DNA of 64,000 bases from contig CAWAOD010000004.1 in assembly GCA_963783575.1 (NCBI GenBank), positions 128,001 to 192,000 on the forward strand. Direction: 5' to 3'. This document shows positions 43,213 through 55,068 of the stretch, in pieces. The DNA comes from an uncultured Spirochaetota bacterium. Its GTDB lineage: Bacteria > Spirochaetota > Brevinematia > Brevinematales > JAOACQ01. The position numbers were made by a program, and so were the translations under genes. Position 1 is the stretch's first letter, and each line of letters begins with the position of its first letter. Under the pieces are notes generated by a model, which did not search any database, was not told the DNA's origin, and saw only the letters and a program-made list of their open reading frames with translations.

Positions 43213-43872
43213 TTATTTTAATAAATTTACAAATTCGAGATTTGAAATTGAGGATAAGGCTTTTGCATCACTTTTGAAATTTGATAATAACATCGCTTTG
43301 TCTTCCTCAAACCTGTTTTCAACTGATATGTTGCCGTTTGTCATTATAATCCGGCCGAAGTAGTAGGCCTTATCTTTTTCAAGGTTCATGCCGTAATGAT
43401 AGGGGAATATTTTGGGAGTGCAATAATATCTGTAATCGTTATAATTCCAGTAATAATCCCAATAAATCCTCGAATGACGGTATCTTCCGTAATATCCGAT
43501 AATAAAATCGGGGCCGGGATAAGAATAAGGATCATAAATATAAGAGTTATAATCCGAATAAGGGCCGTCAATAAAATTAATCGAACGTACAATATAATCC
43601 TTTGCCGGTATCGGAATAATAAAAGAATCGGGGCTGCCAGGCGCAGGAGAATTATAACGGATGCGGTTTAAATACATATCAGGGTCATCCCCTTTGAAGC
43701 TCAAAAAAATAGATTGATCCTTATCAATATAATATGATCCGAATAAAAATGTGCCGTAACTGGATTGAATTTCTGCAAAATTACTTGGTTTTACAGTAAC
43801 ATAAAGCCATGGAGAACAGCCCGTAAGTATTATAATCAAACTTGCGGCAATAAAAAATCTATTTTTTTTCAT
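43213..43872 (-). CDS. Tyr-rich hypothetical lipoprotein
   Basis: MKKNRFF...LTGC lipobox. Confidence 0.75.
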   Translation of the reverse strand: MKKNRFFIAASLIIILTGCSPWLYVTVKPSNFAEIQSSYGTFLFGSYYIDKDQSIFLSFKGDDPDMYLNRIRYNSPAPGSPDSFIIPIPAKDYIVRSINFIDGPYSDYNSYIYDPYSYPGPDFIIGYYGRYRHSRIYWDYYWNYNDYRYYCTPKIFPYHYGMNLEKDKAYYFGRIIMTNGNISVENRFEEDKAMLLSNFKSDAKALSSISNLEFVNLLK

Positions 43873-44125
43873 TAAATTTCCTCTGGAAGTGATCGCCAGC
43901 CAAAATATAAATTTAAAGAAATTATCTCTTACATAATTAAATTTAATAATTTTTATATTACCGGTCAAAACCAATATTAATGTAAAGTAAATAATATCAA
44001 GAAAATAAAATATTTGATCTTAAAAAACCTATTTGTATTTTTTTGTTTGACTAATCATATTTATGGGATTAAATTTTATATCAATATATTTATAAAATAA
44101 ACACTGAGAATACGGAGGTATCAAA

Positions 44126-45181
44126 ATGCCTGATTCATTATTGACATTGGAAGATGTCCGTGAAAGCGCCCGCGGAAAACTTAAAGGTATCTGCGGCGTT
44201 TACCGCAGGTGCGACGGCTCCGAATCCCGTTTGTGCGAAGGACATAGCTACGGTTCGCCGATAGGCATCGGAGGAATTGGTTCCGGAGAATCATTTGCGA
44301 GTAATGTTGAGGCGTTAAGACAGCTTCGATTAAAAACCAGGTTGATTGGAAAGGATTTTACACCCGAAATTGGTTTTAATTTCTTCGGAAAGCGCCTCTC
44401 AATGCCGGTTATGGCTGCCAGCGTAAGCGGCGTGAATAGTTTTGGAGGAGAATCCGTCATAACAGAGCTTGATTTCTGCAGGTATGTAGTACTGGGCTGC
44501 AGGAAAGCCGGTACATTGGGCTGGCGTGGGGATTCGTACAATTATTCCGTTGAAAATCCATACGGTATAATGGCAATAGAAGAAGCCGGCGGGTTTGGAG
44601 TCCAGATTGTAAAGCCAAGAGAACAATCTGTAATACTGCAATTCTTCAAGCTGGCTGAAAAAGCGGGATGTACGGCATTTGGGGTTGATCTTGACGGCTG
44701 CGGTTCCTTTGCAATGAATAAACATAAACAGCCGGTATTTAGGAAAACCCTTGATGAATTGAAGGAACTTACTGGATCAACATCTATGCCTGTAATATTT
44801 AAGGGTATTATGTGCATTGAGGACGCCGAGACTGCCTTTGAAGCCGGGGCTGCGGCCATAGTAGTTTCAAACCATGGCGGCCGGGTGCTTGACCAAACCC
44901 CGGGCGTTGCCGAAGTCTTACCGGGAATCATCAGCGCGGTCGGCCATTCCAAAATGATCATAGCTGACGGAGGAATTCGCAATGGTTATGATGTTCTTAA
45001 GATGCTTGCACTTGGCGCCGATGCTGTGCTTATCGGCCGCGACATCGTCCGTGCTGCTGTTGGAGGCGGGATAGAAGGGGTAAGGCTTCAAATGGAATTG
45101 CTCGGCGATGATTTAAAAAAAGCAATGAAGATGACGGGATGTGAGAGTCTTGAAGAGATTTCTTCGGATATTCTCTGCTGA
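44126..45181 (+). CDS. FMN-dependent alpha-hydroxy acid oxidase/dehydrogenase
   Basis: FKGI, SNHGGR, DGGIRNG, IGR; N-terminal Cys cluster. Confidence 0.92.
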   Translation: MPDSLLTLEDVRESARGKLKGICGVYRRCDGSESRLCEGHSYGSPIGIGGIGSGESFASNVEALRQLRLKTRLIGKDFTPEIGFNFFGKRLSMPVMAASVSGVNSFGGESVITELDFCRYVVLGCRKAGTLGWRGDSYNYSVENPYGIMAIEEAGGFGVQIVKPREQSVILQFFKLAEKAGCTAFGVDLDGCGSFAMNKHKQPVFRKTLDELKELTGSTSMPVIFKGIMCIEDAETAFEAGAAAIVVSNHGGRVLDQTPGVAEVLPGIISAVGHSKMIIADGGIRNGYDVLKMLALGADAVLIGRDIVRAAVGGGIEGVRLQMELLGDDLKKAMKMTGCESLEEISSDILC

Positions 45182-45237
45182 GTTTATCTCAAAAAAAATG
45201 TTTTTTTTTGAATTGAAAAAACTCAAAGACATCGGCA

Positions 45238-46668
45238 TTATTTAGTATACCATTCTACCTTTTTCTTAAACCATCTCTGTATCCAGGGGTGCCGTATTAT
45301 TGCAGTAAGCTGGCTGAATCTGAAATATTTTATTAATGAAAGTATTATTTGGAATCTTAAATAAAACTTAAACATAAATTTTTTTTGTATTTTGATTATT
45401 GATTTAAGACTCATTGTTTGGAATGGAGGAATAGTTTCATCTTTTTGAAATTCATTAATATTTTTAATATAAACATCCCTGTTTTTAATATTAAATATTA
45501 TATCAAAATCCTCGCTACCCGGGTAAGGTATGTAATTGCTGACCTGTATTCTGTCAAATGAAACAGATAACGCAAATTTAATGGAATCATTAATCTGGCT
45601 TTTAGTCTCATTTCGGAGACCGCATATAAAGAAACCGCTGACAATTATTTTATTTTTATGAAGGATATTTATTATATTTTTTACCTTTTTTAAATCAACC
45701 TGTTTTTTGATGGTTTTCATTACTTCCGGATTACCGGTTTCAATACCGACCCCTATATAATATCCGCCGGATAATTTCATTTTTTTTATCAGTGGCTCGC
45801 TTAACCGGTCAATTCTTAAACCATTGGGAGCCCCTCCAATGGATATTAATTTTTTGATCAATTAATAAATTAAATATATCTTCAGCTCTTTTTAAATCCA
45901 TAGTTAAATTATCATCGGAGAAAAATATCTCATCAACTCCATATTTTTCTTTTAAATATTTTATTTCTTCAACAATATTCTCTGGCTTTCTATATCGCAT
46001 TACTCTTTTATTTGTTAATCCTGATGAGCAAAAAGTACAGAGATATGGGCATCCACGGCTGGTCAAAATTGGCGCTGGTTTTTTCCCCCTTGTCGGCATT
46101 GAAGCCCCTTCCATATATTTAAAATATTTATCTGGCTGAAGAAGTTCCCAGTCGGGGAATGGTATATCATTGGCATTATCCAGGAACCCATTTTTTTTGG
46201 ATCAAAATTCCATTTACCGTTTTTTTTATATATCAGGCCATCGATTAAATCTGGTTCAGAGATCTTACCTTCCAGAAATCTGATAAAATTAACAATGGGT
46301 TTTTCTCCTTCTCCTGTTATTCCATAGTCTGCTTTAATATAATCCAATGCAATGTCTTTTAAAGCTGTTATATGAGGACCTCCTGCTATCGTTATAATTC
46401 CAGGATACTTATTTTTTAATTTTTCAATAAATTCCTTCGCCCAGTTATGTGCTCCGCTATATACCTGTATTCCGATTACATCTGGAATGGTCTTCTTTTT
46501 GATTTCTTCAACTGCGTTTTCCGGGGTAAACAAATAAAGCGATCCATCAATTAAGCTAATGTTGTTATAACCATTTTGCTTCAATGAGCTGGAAAGATAT
46601 CCTAATGATAATGGTGGAATAACCTGAAATCTAGAATTATGTGTAGGCCTGATTAATAGTATGTTCAT
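45238..46668 (-). CDS. B12-binding radical SAM protein, two homopolymer frameshifts (about 46195 and 45833)
   Basis: PPLSLGYL, GGPH, TSRGCPYLCTFC, DDNL, GIETG, PYPGS; AT-rich. Confidence 0.82.
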
Positions 46669-46943
46669 AAATACTCCTATTATTTTATATCATTTAAATT
46701 GGGAAAATTTTCAATATTTACTATAAATACTCATTGAAACCCTAATTTTTGAAATATATTTAAAAATATTTTTCAAAAGCCTGTGAACATTTTTTATACA
46801 ATTTACCTCGAAAGGATATTACATATTTTTTATTTTGTTATTCAGGCTGAATATGAGTTCAAATTACTGTGGCAATTTTAATGATTGTTTAGTTCAATAA
46901 TCCTAAGTTTAGTGGGAGATAATGAGATATTATTAACTGTAAA

Positions 46944-47136
46944 GATGTCCTTAAAATGCTCGCGCTTGGCGCAGACGCGGTGCTTGTCGGCCGCGATATT
47001 GTCCGGGCTGCTGTCGGAGGGGGAATATAAGGTGTAAAACTTCAAATGGAACTGCTCGGCGAAGACCTCAAAAAAGCGATGAAGATGACGGGATGTGAGA
47101 GTCTTGAAGAGATTTCTTCGGATATTCTCTGCTGAG
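46944..47136 (+). pseudogene. Diverged copy of the oxidase 3' end (44990-45182)
   Basis: 193-bp colinear copy; TAA at 47028-47030; last 58 bp identical. Confidence 0.93.
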
Positions 47137-47190
47137 GGCATGGTGTCGTAAGAGCCCACGGCGAAGGCGCTTTCATACTTTTTCTTAAAC

Positions 47191-47378
47191 ATCTCTTTTG
47201 GTAACCGCCTCGTCAAAAGTCCATCCGTGGACTTATTCCTCGGTTTCTGCCGTCCAGGCAAAAACCCTCTTGCTTGTATAGTCCATATTAAACAGGAATA
47301 ACAACGATTATATTATCGACTTCTCTTCAGGCCACACTAATGCTCAATCAGAAATGGCGCTCATGCTCCGGGGGGCAA
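47191..47378 (+). repeat. ~188-bp direct repeat, copy 1
   Basis: Aligns to 49562-49749 (shared gcttgtatagtccatattaaacaggaataacaacgat). Confidence 0.9.
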
Positions 47379-47463
47379 TTAAGCAGACTTAGTTTATAAA
47401 GCCAAGGATTGGTAGAAAACCACTTTGGGAAATTTAAATCTGGTTTTGATCAATTTACAATGA

Positions 47464-47663
47464 GAATAGTATGTTCCAAAGTATCTACCTTGTTGTTAAA
47501 CGGCCGCCGAACTTCGTCCGGCGAGCGACATAATGCAGTAAGGCGCTCCTTCCAGAGCGTTCTTCCCGTTAATAACCCGCCCTCTCGGGCGGCATCCTTC
47601 CTGACGAACTCAGGAAAGAATGGAACAGGCTTTTGCTTCCCTTTTGTTAAAAGGGAAAAAGGC
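47464..47663 (+). repeat. Structured repeat, diverged copy
   Basis: Colinear with 59325-59518, including caggaaagaa and gcttccc-ttt..aaaagggaaaaaggc. Confidence 0.7.
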
Positions 47664-47669
47664 GGCAGT

Positions 47670-49460
47670 TTTCGCCATCGCCCGGATTCCGATACTAATT
47701 GACAGATGCGTTTTCCCCAGCCCCGGAGACCCAAAGAACAACAGATTATGATGATTATCAATCCAGCGGAAATCCAATAACTGTGAAACATCCATTTTAG
47801 ATATTCCATTCACTTTTTCAAAATTAAAACCTTCCACATCTTTACGGACCGGGAAGTGTGCTCCTGCCATATTCCGCTGAAAACGTTTTTCCACTCTATA
47901 ATTCAATTCCAGAGAAAGCAGCCTCTGCAAAAAACTCAAATAAGATTCTTTCGCCTTTTCAGCCTCGCCGATTTCATCGTCAATCCGTTTAATCATCCCC
48001 TTCAACCCGAGAGTTGCAAGCTGCGTTATGATTTGTTCTCTTATCTTCAACATTGCCGGCCCCCAATGGAACTACAGAGTCTCTGGTATTTCCCGATGTC
48101 TGATTTGGCTACTTCCAGATAGTGTTCAGGATTCATAAGTGGCCTGACTATCTTTTCTACATTCATAGGTATTTCTAAATGTTCTATTTTCAGACAGTTC
48201 CGGTAATTATCCCATAAATCCTTCATTGAGTAACTATCATTATCCAGACAGTTTGAGATCGCTTGTGTCAGCTTATCTGTATCAATTATCTTGTCCCTGA
48301 AGTATTTTCTTCCGGAAAGACACTGGTCCCTTACATAACGATTGAACTTCCTGAAATTACATTCAAGAAAATCCTTCCAGCCTGGAATATCAAAGTACCC
48401 GCTTACTTCTTCTTTCAATAACTTCACTGTCTTTCCCATTTCACGGATCATTGCCCTGTTGGTTATAATCTGCCCCGGAATCACCGAAAGCCGATATTCA
48501 GCGATTTGCTCACCCGTAATCCTGTCAAAGACAAAAAGCAGGCTGTCAGTTTTGTAAATGTCAACCGAACCGTTCCTGTATTTTTCAGGTATATCATACT
48601 GGCTTGTGTCCACAGCGATCCGGCATTTGTCGCTCACACTGCGAGCTTCCCTTGCACCGATCTTTCATCTTTGAAATACTGAAAGTCTTTCGTGTAGATG
48701 ATATCGCCGGAGTTCTCACTCACAACCATCGTGCAGTCCTGATCGATGACAAGTTCCTGCGGTATCCCGCTCATATATGCAAAACAGTCCAATAGATAGA
48801 TTGATCAGGTCTTCTGTCCGGAATGGCCTCTCCTGGAGGGCCGCATACTTAAAACGACTGGCGGATAACACCGCGGCAAATATGTAATACCTTCTGCCAT
48901 ATCTGTCGGTATATTGACCGAAATCAAGCTGGAGCTGCTTTCCATATGGCATGTCAGGCACTTTTGTGTAATACCGGCGCTTTTCATTCAAGGTAAGCTG
49001 CCCGCTTTCAATCAGGTAATGTACGAAATTCCTCATCGTATTTTCATTCGCCGGTAGTTTGCCTTTTACCTCCAATAAATAGTCATACACAGCAGACATA
49101 TTCAGCCGGATGTAATCATTCTTTTCATATACTTTCAATATGTCTGTTTTTATTCCTTCGAATTCTTTTTCACGGAAAGAGAATTCCATCAGGCTTTTCT
49201 GGTATTCGGAATCGTTCATAGCCCAATATTTTCGGACTGTCTTAATATCTATTGACAGTTCCCGGGATACACCATTTTTACTTTTCCCCAAAAGTTTCAG
49301 TTTTTTTATGTCCTGATACATAATATTTTTCACCATTCCTGCCATCCTTTAATGAATTTTCATTAAAGGTAATCTTCAAGCTTCTCTATGGGAAATCTGT
49401 TTGTGACAGGTATGGGAATTTCATTTATTGCTACCCTGGTAAATTAGTTTATCATTTCCA
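47670..49460 (-). mobile_element. Degraded IS21-family element (istA frameshifted and internally deleted; istB truncated)
   Basis: IstA QLDFG, VLSASR, IDQD; IstB GSPGLGKTHL ends near 47670; TG end with repeated aaattcccat-like motifs at 49389-49460. Confidence 0.85.
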
Positions 49461-49561
49461 AAAGAAGGTATGCGAAGAAAGAATCACCCCTTCGCATGAG
49501 CGCCATTTCATGTGAAGAGGTCTGTAAATATCTAGGTGTTGTTATTGGTATTTGGTAAAAG

Positions 49562-49749
49562 ATATCTTTTAGTAACAGCCGACTCAACAGTCCATCCTTG
49601 GACTGATTCGTCGGTTTCTGCCGTCCAGGCAGAAACCCTCTAGCTTGTATAGTCCATATTAAACAGGAATAACAACGATGATTGCGCCGAGTTCGCTTAA
49701 TACCACACAAAAACTCAATCAGAAATGGCGTTCATGCTGCGGGGAGCAA
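49562..49749 (+). repeat. ~188-bp direct repeat, copy 2
   Basis: Aligns to 47191-47378. Confidence 0.9.
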
Positions 49750-52700
49750 AAAATTTATTATGATACCGGATAATAAATTAGAGGTCTTTTCCGTTCATTC
49801 TCAATATTAAAATCCTTTTCTTTTTAAAAAATTATCAAAAAATCTATAATCCTCATCATTATCTAATCTTCCATCTGAATTAAGTTCTGTCAATATTTTT
49901 TTTATTTCAGGTAATGCAAAAACTGATGATTCATTAAATAATTTTCTGATTATTCTCATAATTTCAACAGAATATTTTTCTTTATATTTTGGTAGTTTCT
50001 CTAAAATGATACTATATACGTAATCAATTTTTGACTTTACTAAAAATTGTCCTAAGTTATTATATGCAGTTGTAAAAGATTTATCCAATGAGAATAATAC
50101 TTCAATGAAGGATAAATTAAAATTTGAATTCTTAAATTTTTCACTCTTTGGCCAATATTTATGAATCCACGGCCTAATCTTTTTATTCCAAATATCATCA
50201 GGATTATCTGCATTAAGAATAGAAACAAAGTAACGTAATATTTCTTCCCTTATTTCAATATTATCATTTCTTACTATTTTACTTATTTCTTCAGATTTAA
50301 ATATATCTTTATATTCAAGAGTCGAATAAACAAATATTTGAGATAACAAATCTTTTCTTTCAGCTTTTATTTTTATAAAATTTTCATAGAAATCAAAACT
50401 TAATATTAGGTAATTCTTAAGAATTAATATTAATTCTCTAGTTAATGTCGCCCCATGAAAAAAGCCAGTCCAGGCAAATAATGAATAATTTTTATTATTC
50501 CAAGAAAACAAAGGAATTATATATTTTTTTGTCCAATTAGGATCAATTTGAAACAACGAATATAAAAACTGCCCAAATATAGGAATTGCAAATAGTTTTA
50601 CTTTAGACCTTAATTTTAATAATTTTCCAAATCGCTCTTTAAATGAAATATCTATACCTTGACCGGTTTTTGGACTGGTTTTGAAATAAACTTGAAAGAG
50701 GGTTTCGCTTAATTTGCCGATTGGATTGTTGATTGCAGTTGTAATAGGGCCATGAAATGATTTGTATTTCTGATTAATAACATAATCATTTGATAATTGA
50801 AATATATTATCCCATATAATGAAAAAATCTGATAAATCTGAAATATCAAAATCATTTGTTACTGTGTAAAAAACATTAGTTAGAGAATAAATTAAAGCAT
50901 TGTGTAAATTGTATTTTTCGTTTATATCAATTTTAGATATTGTTTCTTTGAATTCTAAAAAAGTCCATTCATTATTAAAACTTCTAAGATAATATTCTAA
51001 AATCAAAGGATCAAATTTTACATCTTTAGCAATTATAGTAAAAATCTCAGCAGCTTTTCCCTTATTTTTTCCAACAAATTTTTCCCATTGTTCCATAAGT
51101 CTTTCACGATTCTCTTTATGATTCATTAAAATATCAGCGACTTCTTGGACTACTTGATCTGCCATCATCTGAAATTGTTCATAAGTATAATCGGATTTCT
51201 TACCAAACAAAGGATGAACAATACCTGAATTTGAATAAATTTCCTCATCATTTTCAGGCAGTTTATATCCATGTTTTTCTAAATTTAAGATATCATTTTT
51301 TATATAAGAGGGAATTGAATTCATGTTTTTAGAAATTATATAATAGAATGGCTTTTTATAATAAAGACAATCATCTAATGAAGTTTTCAAGGGACATTTT
51401 TTGACTAATTGTAATAAAGAACTCAATTCTTTTGAATTAAAAGTTTTACATAGTTTTATAAATAAACTATAAATTTCATTTTCCAATTGGTCTGTCCAAA
51501 TCTTCTCTTCTAAATCAATTAGATACTTTATAGATTCTTTCAATTTATAGCCATCGGTTAATGAAAAAGACCATAAAACCAAACGCCTGAATATTTGAAA
51601 ATCTATATTTTTCAATGTCTCCAGATACATAAAAAAAGTATCTTTTTTGTTTTTATACCAGTATTCCATTCCAATTTGTATAAAATCAACTAAATAAGTC
51701 CAAACTTCACGAAAACTATTATTTCTTGAAGGATTATTTAAAGAATTTAATTGAGTTATCGTATAATAAACTCTAGTATCTTCATATAATATAAAATAGT
51801 CCATTGCTTTCTTAAGATTAGAAATTAATTCAAACAATATTAAGGCGCAGTTTTCTTTAAAAAAAGGATCTTCACGAAGATTCATAAATAATGGATCGTT
51901 TTGTTCCAAAGGGAGATTAATTTCAACTTGTATAAAATCACAGATACTTTTTCTTTCTTCTTTACCGAACCGATATTGTTTACTTAATGAAACAGTTGGA
52001 GTAGATAAAAATATAAAAAGATTTTTTTCAGAATTTGACCATATATGATCTTTAAGCATCTCAATATTTTTATAATAATAAAATTCTGAATTATTAATGG
52101 AGTCTGAAGAATTTGAGTATATTAATAGATTCCAAATCTCATTTAAATTTGATTGAATTTTATTATCTTCCAAAGTCCTTTTAATCCATTGTCTCAGGCT
52201 TATATTTAAACCTGATCCTTTATCCAATACCCAATCGACAAGTTCTTCTTTTTCAAGATTTTTCCCAAACCAAAAAGTAAGCCAATTTAATTTTTTAGAT
52301 AAATTGAGATTTAAACCACTATCTCCTAATTTTGAAACAAAAGGAATTGTTCTTATATTATCTCCATCTTTCATTTTGACCTGTAAAAGATTTTCGCTAT
52401 CTAAAATTCTCAGCCAGTCAACAATATTATCAAAATTATAATTATCGAAAAATCTTGAAAAGTTTCCTTCATAATCATTTTTTATTAAATCTAAAATTTG
52501 ATCGTTCTAAATTCTCCTTTTACTGGTTTATTATTTTTTGAATTTTGAAATATTTTTTCAGAGTAAGAAATTGAGTCTTTACAATAAATTGCCCATTCAA
52601 CTAAAGTATTATTTAACAATTCATGTTTATTAATACTGTCATACAATATTGGAGTAATGCCAAAACTTTTCCAATGGTTTTTTACAGAATTTAAATCCTT

Positions 52701-52917
52701 TGATTTTTCTGAATTATCATAATCCGTTAAAGCAAAAACTTCCTTTATGTTTTCTTCTCCTGACTTTCTATCAGCAGCTATAGCGTTAATGATATATCTC
52801 ATTACAGGATCATTCAAGCTATAGCCAATAAAAAGAACATTGTATCGGGTAAAAAGATTTGAAACAAAACGGCTTGCCCACCCATCTGTCAAATATGCCT
52901 GCCCAAAATCAGCACTA

Positions 52918-54050
52918 GTGCTTAATTGCGTAAGTTAACGATAGTATTTCTTAATTGAGAACCTTTCACTTCCCGTTTTCTCCACACAAAAGGTTTTGCG
53001 GTTTCAGTGTATGCTTTAACAAATGCATCTATTGCTTCTCTCAATTCTTCCGTGTTTTTAAAACTGGCGCCTCTAAGAGCTTTTCGGCTCATAATACCAA
53101 ACCATATTTCCACCTGATTTAACCAACTTGCCGAAGTAGGCGTGTAATGAAAAAAAACATTCTTATTCCGGGATAACCATTCATCGTTCTTTTTGTGAAT
53201 ACAATAATTGTCTAAAATTACATGAATTTCTTTATCTTTTGAAACATCTACCACCACTCTATCCATAAACTCAAGAAATTCAATACGTCTTTTGTATTCA
53301 GTAGTTTGGGTGTGTATTAACCCTGTAGCTACTTCCAGCGCAGCAAATAGGTTCAGCGTTCCATTTCTTTTATATGTACTTTTGTATCCTCTTACAATTT
53401 TTCCATTATCCGTCTCTACATAGCCGGTTGTCCTTTCCAACGCTTGAATACCAGGTTTTTCGTCTACAGATATAACCAATGCATTCATCGGCGGATTTAA
53501 ATACAACCCAATAATATTTGTGGCTTTTGTCGAAAATTCAGGATCAGTGCTGACACACCAACTTCGCTGTCGGGATAAGCAAATTCCTTCTTTTCTTAAA
53601 ACCCTCCATACCGCATGCGTTGATGTGTTTAAATGTTTTGCTAAAGCCGGACCATCCCAAATTGCCTGCCCGATAGGCGGTGTTTTTTCCAGAGTTTCTA
53701 AAACTTTGTCCCTGAAATTCTGCCCATATATTTTTGGCTTTCCTGACCTGGGCAGATCATACAATCCATCAATTCCTTTTTGCTGAAATCTTTTTTTCCA
53801 ATCAATAACCGTATTTGGTCTTATGTGAAGGTCAGCCGCAATCTCAGATACATTTTGTCCTTTCAGGCTATTGACAATTATTTTCGCCCTCTCTACAAGT
53901 CGCGCTTCCATAGTTCGGCTTCTCACCCAACTATCAAGAATAATTTCATCCGCTTTGGTGCATGTTATAACTTGCGTTTTCTTAGACATACAACCTCCTT
54001 TTTTATGTCTAAGATTATAATTAATAACGCTTATTATTGCAATTAAGCAC
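52918..54050 (-). mobile_element. IS630-family element
   Basis: 12-bp IRs gtgcttaattgc/gcaattaagcac; TA duplication at 52916-17 and 54051-52. Confidence 0.93.
52922..53989 (-). CDS. IS630 transposase
   Basis: VDEK, LDNY, SWLNQVEIWF. Confidence 0.95.
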   Translation of the reverse strand: MSKKTQVITCTKADEIILDSWVRSRTMEARLVERAKIIVNSLKGQNVSEIAADLHIRPNTVIDWKKRFQQKGIDGLYDLPRSGKPKIYGQNFRDKVLETLEKTPPIGQAIWDGPALAKHLNTSTHAVWRVLRKEGICLSRQRSWCVSTDPEFSTKATNIIGLYLNPPMNALVISVDEKPGIQALERTTGYVETDNGKIVRGYKSTYKRNGTLNLFAALEVATGLIHTQTTEYKRRIEFLEFMDRVVVDVSKDKEIHVILDNYCIHKKNDEWLSRNKNVFFHYTPTSASWLNQVEIWFGIMSRKALRGASFKNTEELREAIDAFVKAYTETAKPFVWRKREVKGSQLRNTIVNLRN

Positions 54051-55068
54051 TAGTTAAAATAATATTTCTACATTCAGATTCTGGATTATCACCGCATAAA
54101 CCATGCAAATAAACTAATGAATTCCAATTATCTTTCTTGGGTGTGTTTAAAATTAGAGGTCCTATATTAGTTTGAAAGCCATATTGATCTTTTATAATCT
54201 CAAAACAATTATCGAAATTAGTTGTGACAACTCTGCAAACCTTGTTTTCAAATTGTGTCCCAATTTCTATGATAGCCTTATGAATAATTAAATCTTTTTT
54301 ATTAACAGTTAATAGTTTCTTAATGCTATTTCTTAATTCTGCATTATGTTTACTTTTAGATAACCTATCTTCAAATAATCCCAAAACACGATCAAAATTA
54401 TTTTTTCTAAATTCAATTTTTTCTAAATCTTCAAAACCTTCACCTATTAGTATATAAACATTTTTTACCAAATTTTTAAAATCTGGTAAACCAGCATATA
54501 GAGAAATACCAGCGCCACAAAATAAAACAAGTTCTCCCTTTTCATGAGCTAACAGCAATTTTTCTGGAATATTCGGGCCGTTATTAACAAATTGCATATT
54601 ATATTTCCTTTAATTTAATCCTTTTTTTTCTTCCCTTTTTAAAAATATTCATTTCTCCTCTCCAACCCGCTTCAAATCTTAGAGAATCCAAATAACTCTT
54701 TGAGTACCCGGTTTAATACCTCCGGAACACCTTTTTGTTCCTCTGGGCTCTTATAAATAATTTCAGACCCCCTTTATACTTTTTTATATCATCCGCAAGG
54801 CCATTCCTTGCACTCTTTTTATAGAATTTTGGGATTATTTATTCGTCAACGCCCCTTTCGTAAATTCCGGAAAAATCTATCATTGACCGGATTAACGTAT
54901 CGAGATTTTTATTTTCCGGAAGGTTGTGTTTTGTCCTGTTGGACAAAATATAATTTATTGTATTGATGAATTCATTTTTGTCATCAATCCGCCATTTATT
55001 ATATTTTTGCGCCCACAGAGAGTTTTGGGTCCGGCCCCGTCCCATTCCAGAACAAGGGGGCATGCCCC

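Larger units (their letters stand above)
49807..54597 (-). pseudogene. Dsr1-like defence-associated sirtuin (SIR2), interrupted by IS630 and a frameshift near 52505
   Basis: MQFVNNGPNIP..FCGAGIS, TTNFD, YLHG; ILTSA/DFGQAYLTDGW..FIGYSLNDP rejoin on IS removal; about 1220 aa restored. Confidence 0.82.

Noticed and set aside
44990..47136. Diversity-generating retroelement TR/VR pair (also considered for the ndk copies)
   Set aside because: Mismatches are mostly synonymous and not adenine-specific; no reverse transcriptase in the window
46878..47261. ORFs 46878-47261 and 49444-49710 as paralogous genes
   Set aside because: The shared peptide is just translation of the non-coding ~188-bp repeat
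47411..47459. IS21-like end (tgggaaattt...tttaca) as the second end of the IS21 remnant
   Set aside because: Same orientation as the 49460 end, so not its inverted partner; at most a separate scar
54670..54835. Possible remnant of a restriction-modification gene C-terminus (VLNRVLKELFGF)
   Set aside because: Too short and has no start; resemblance too weak to support
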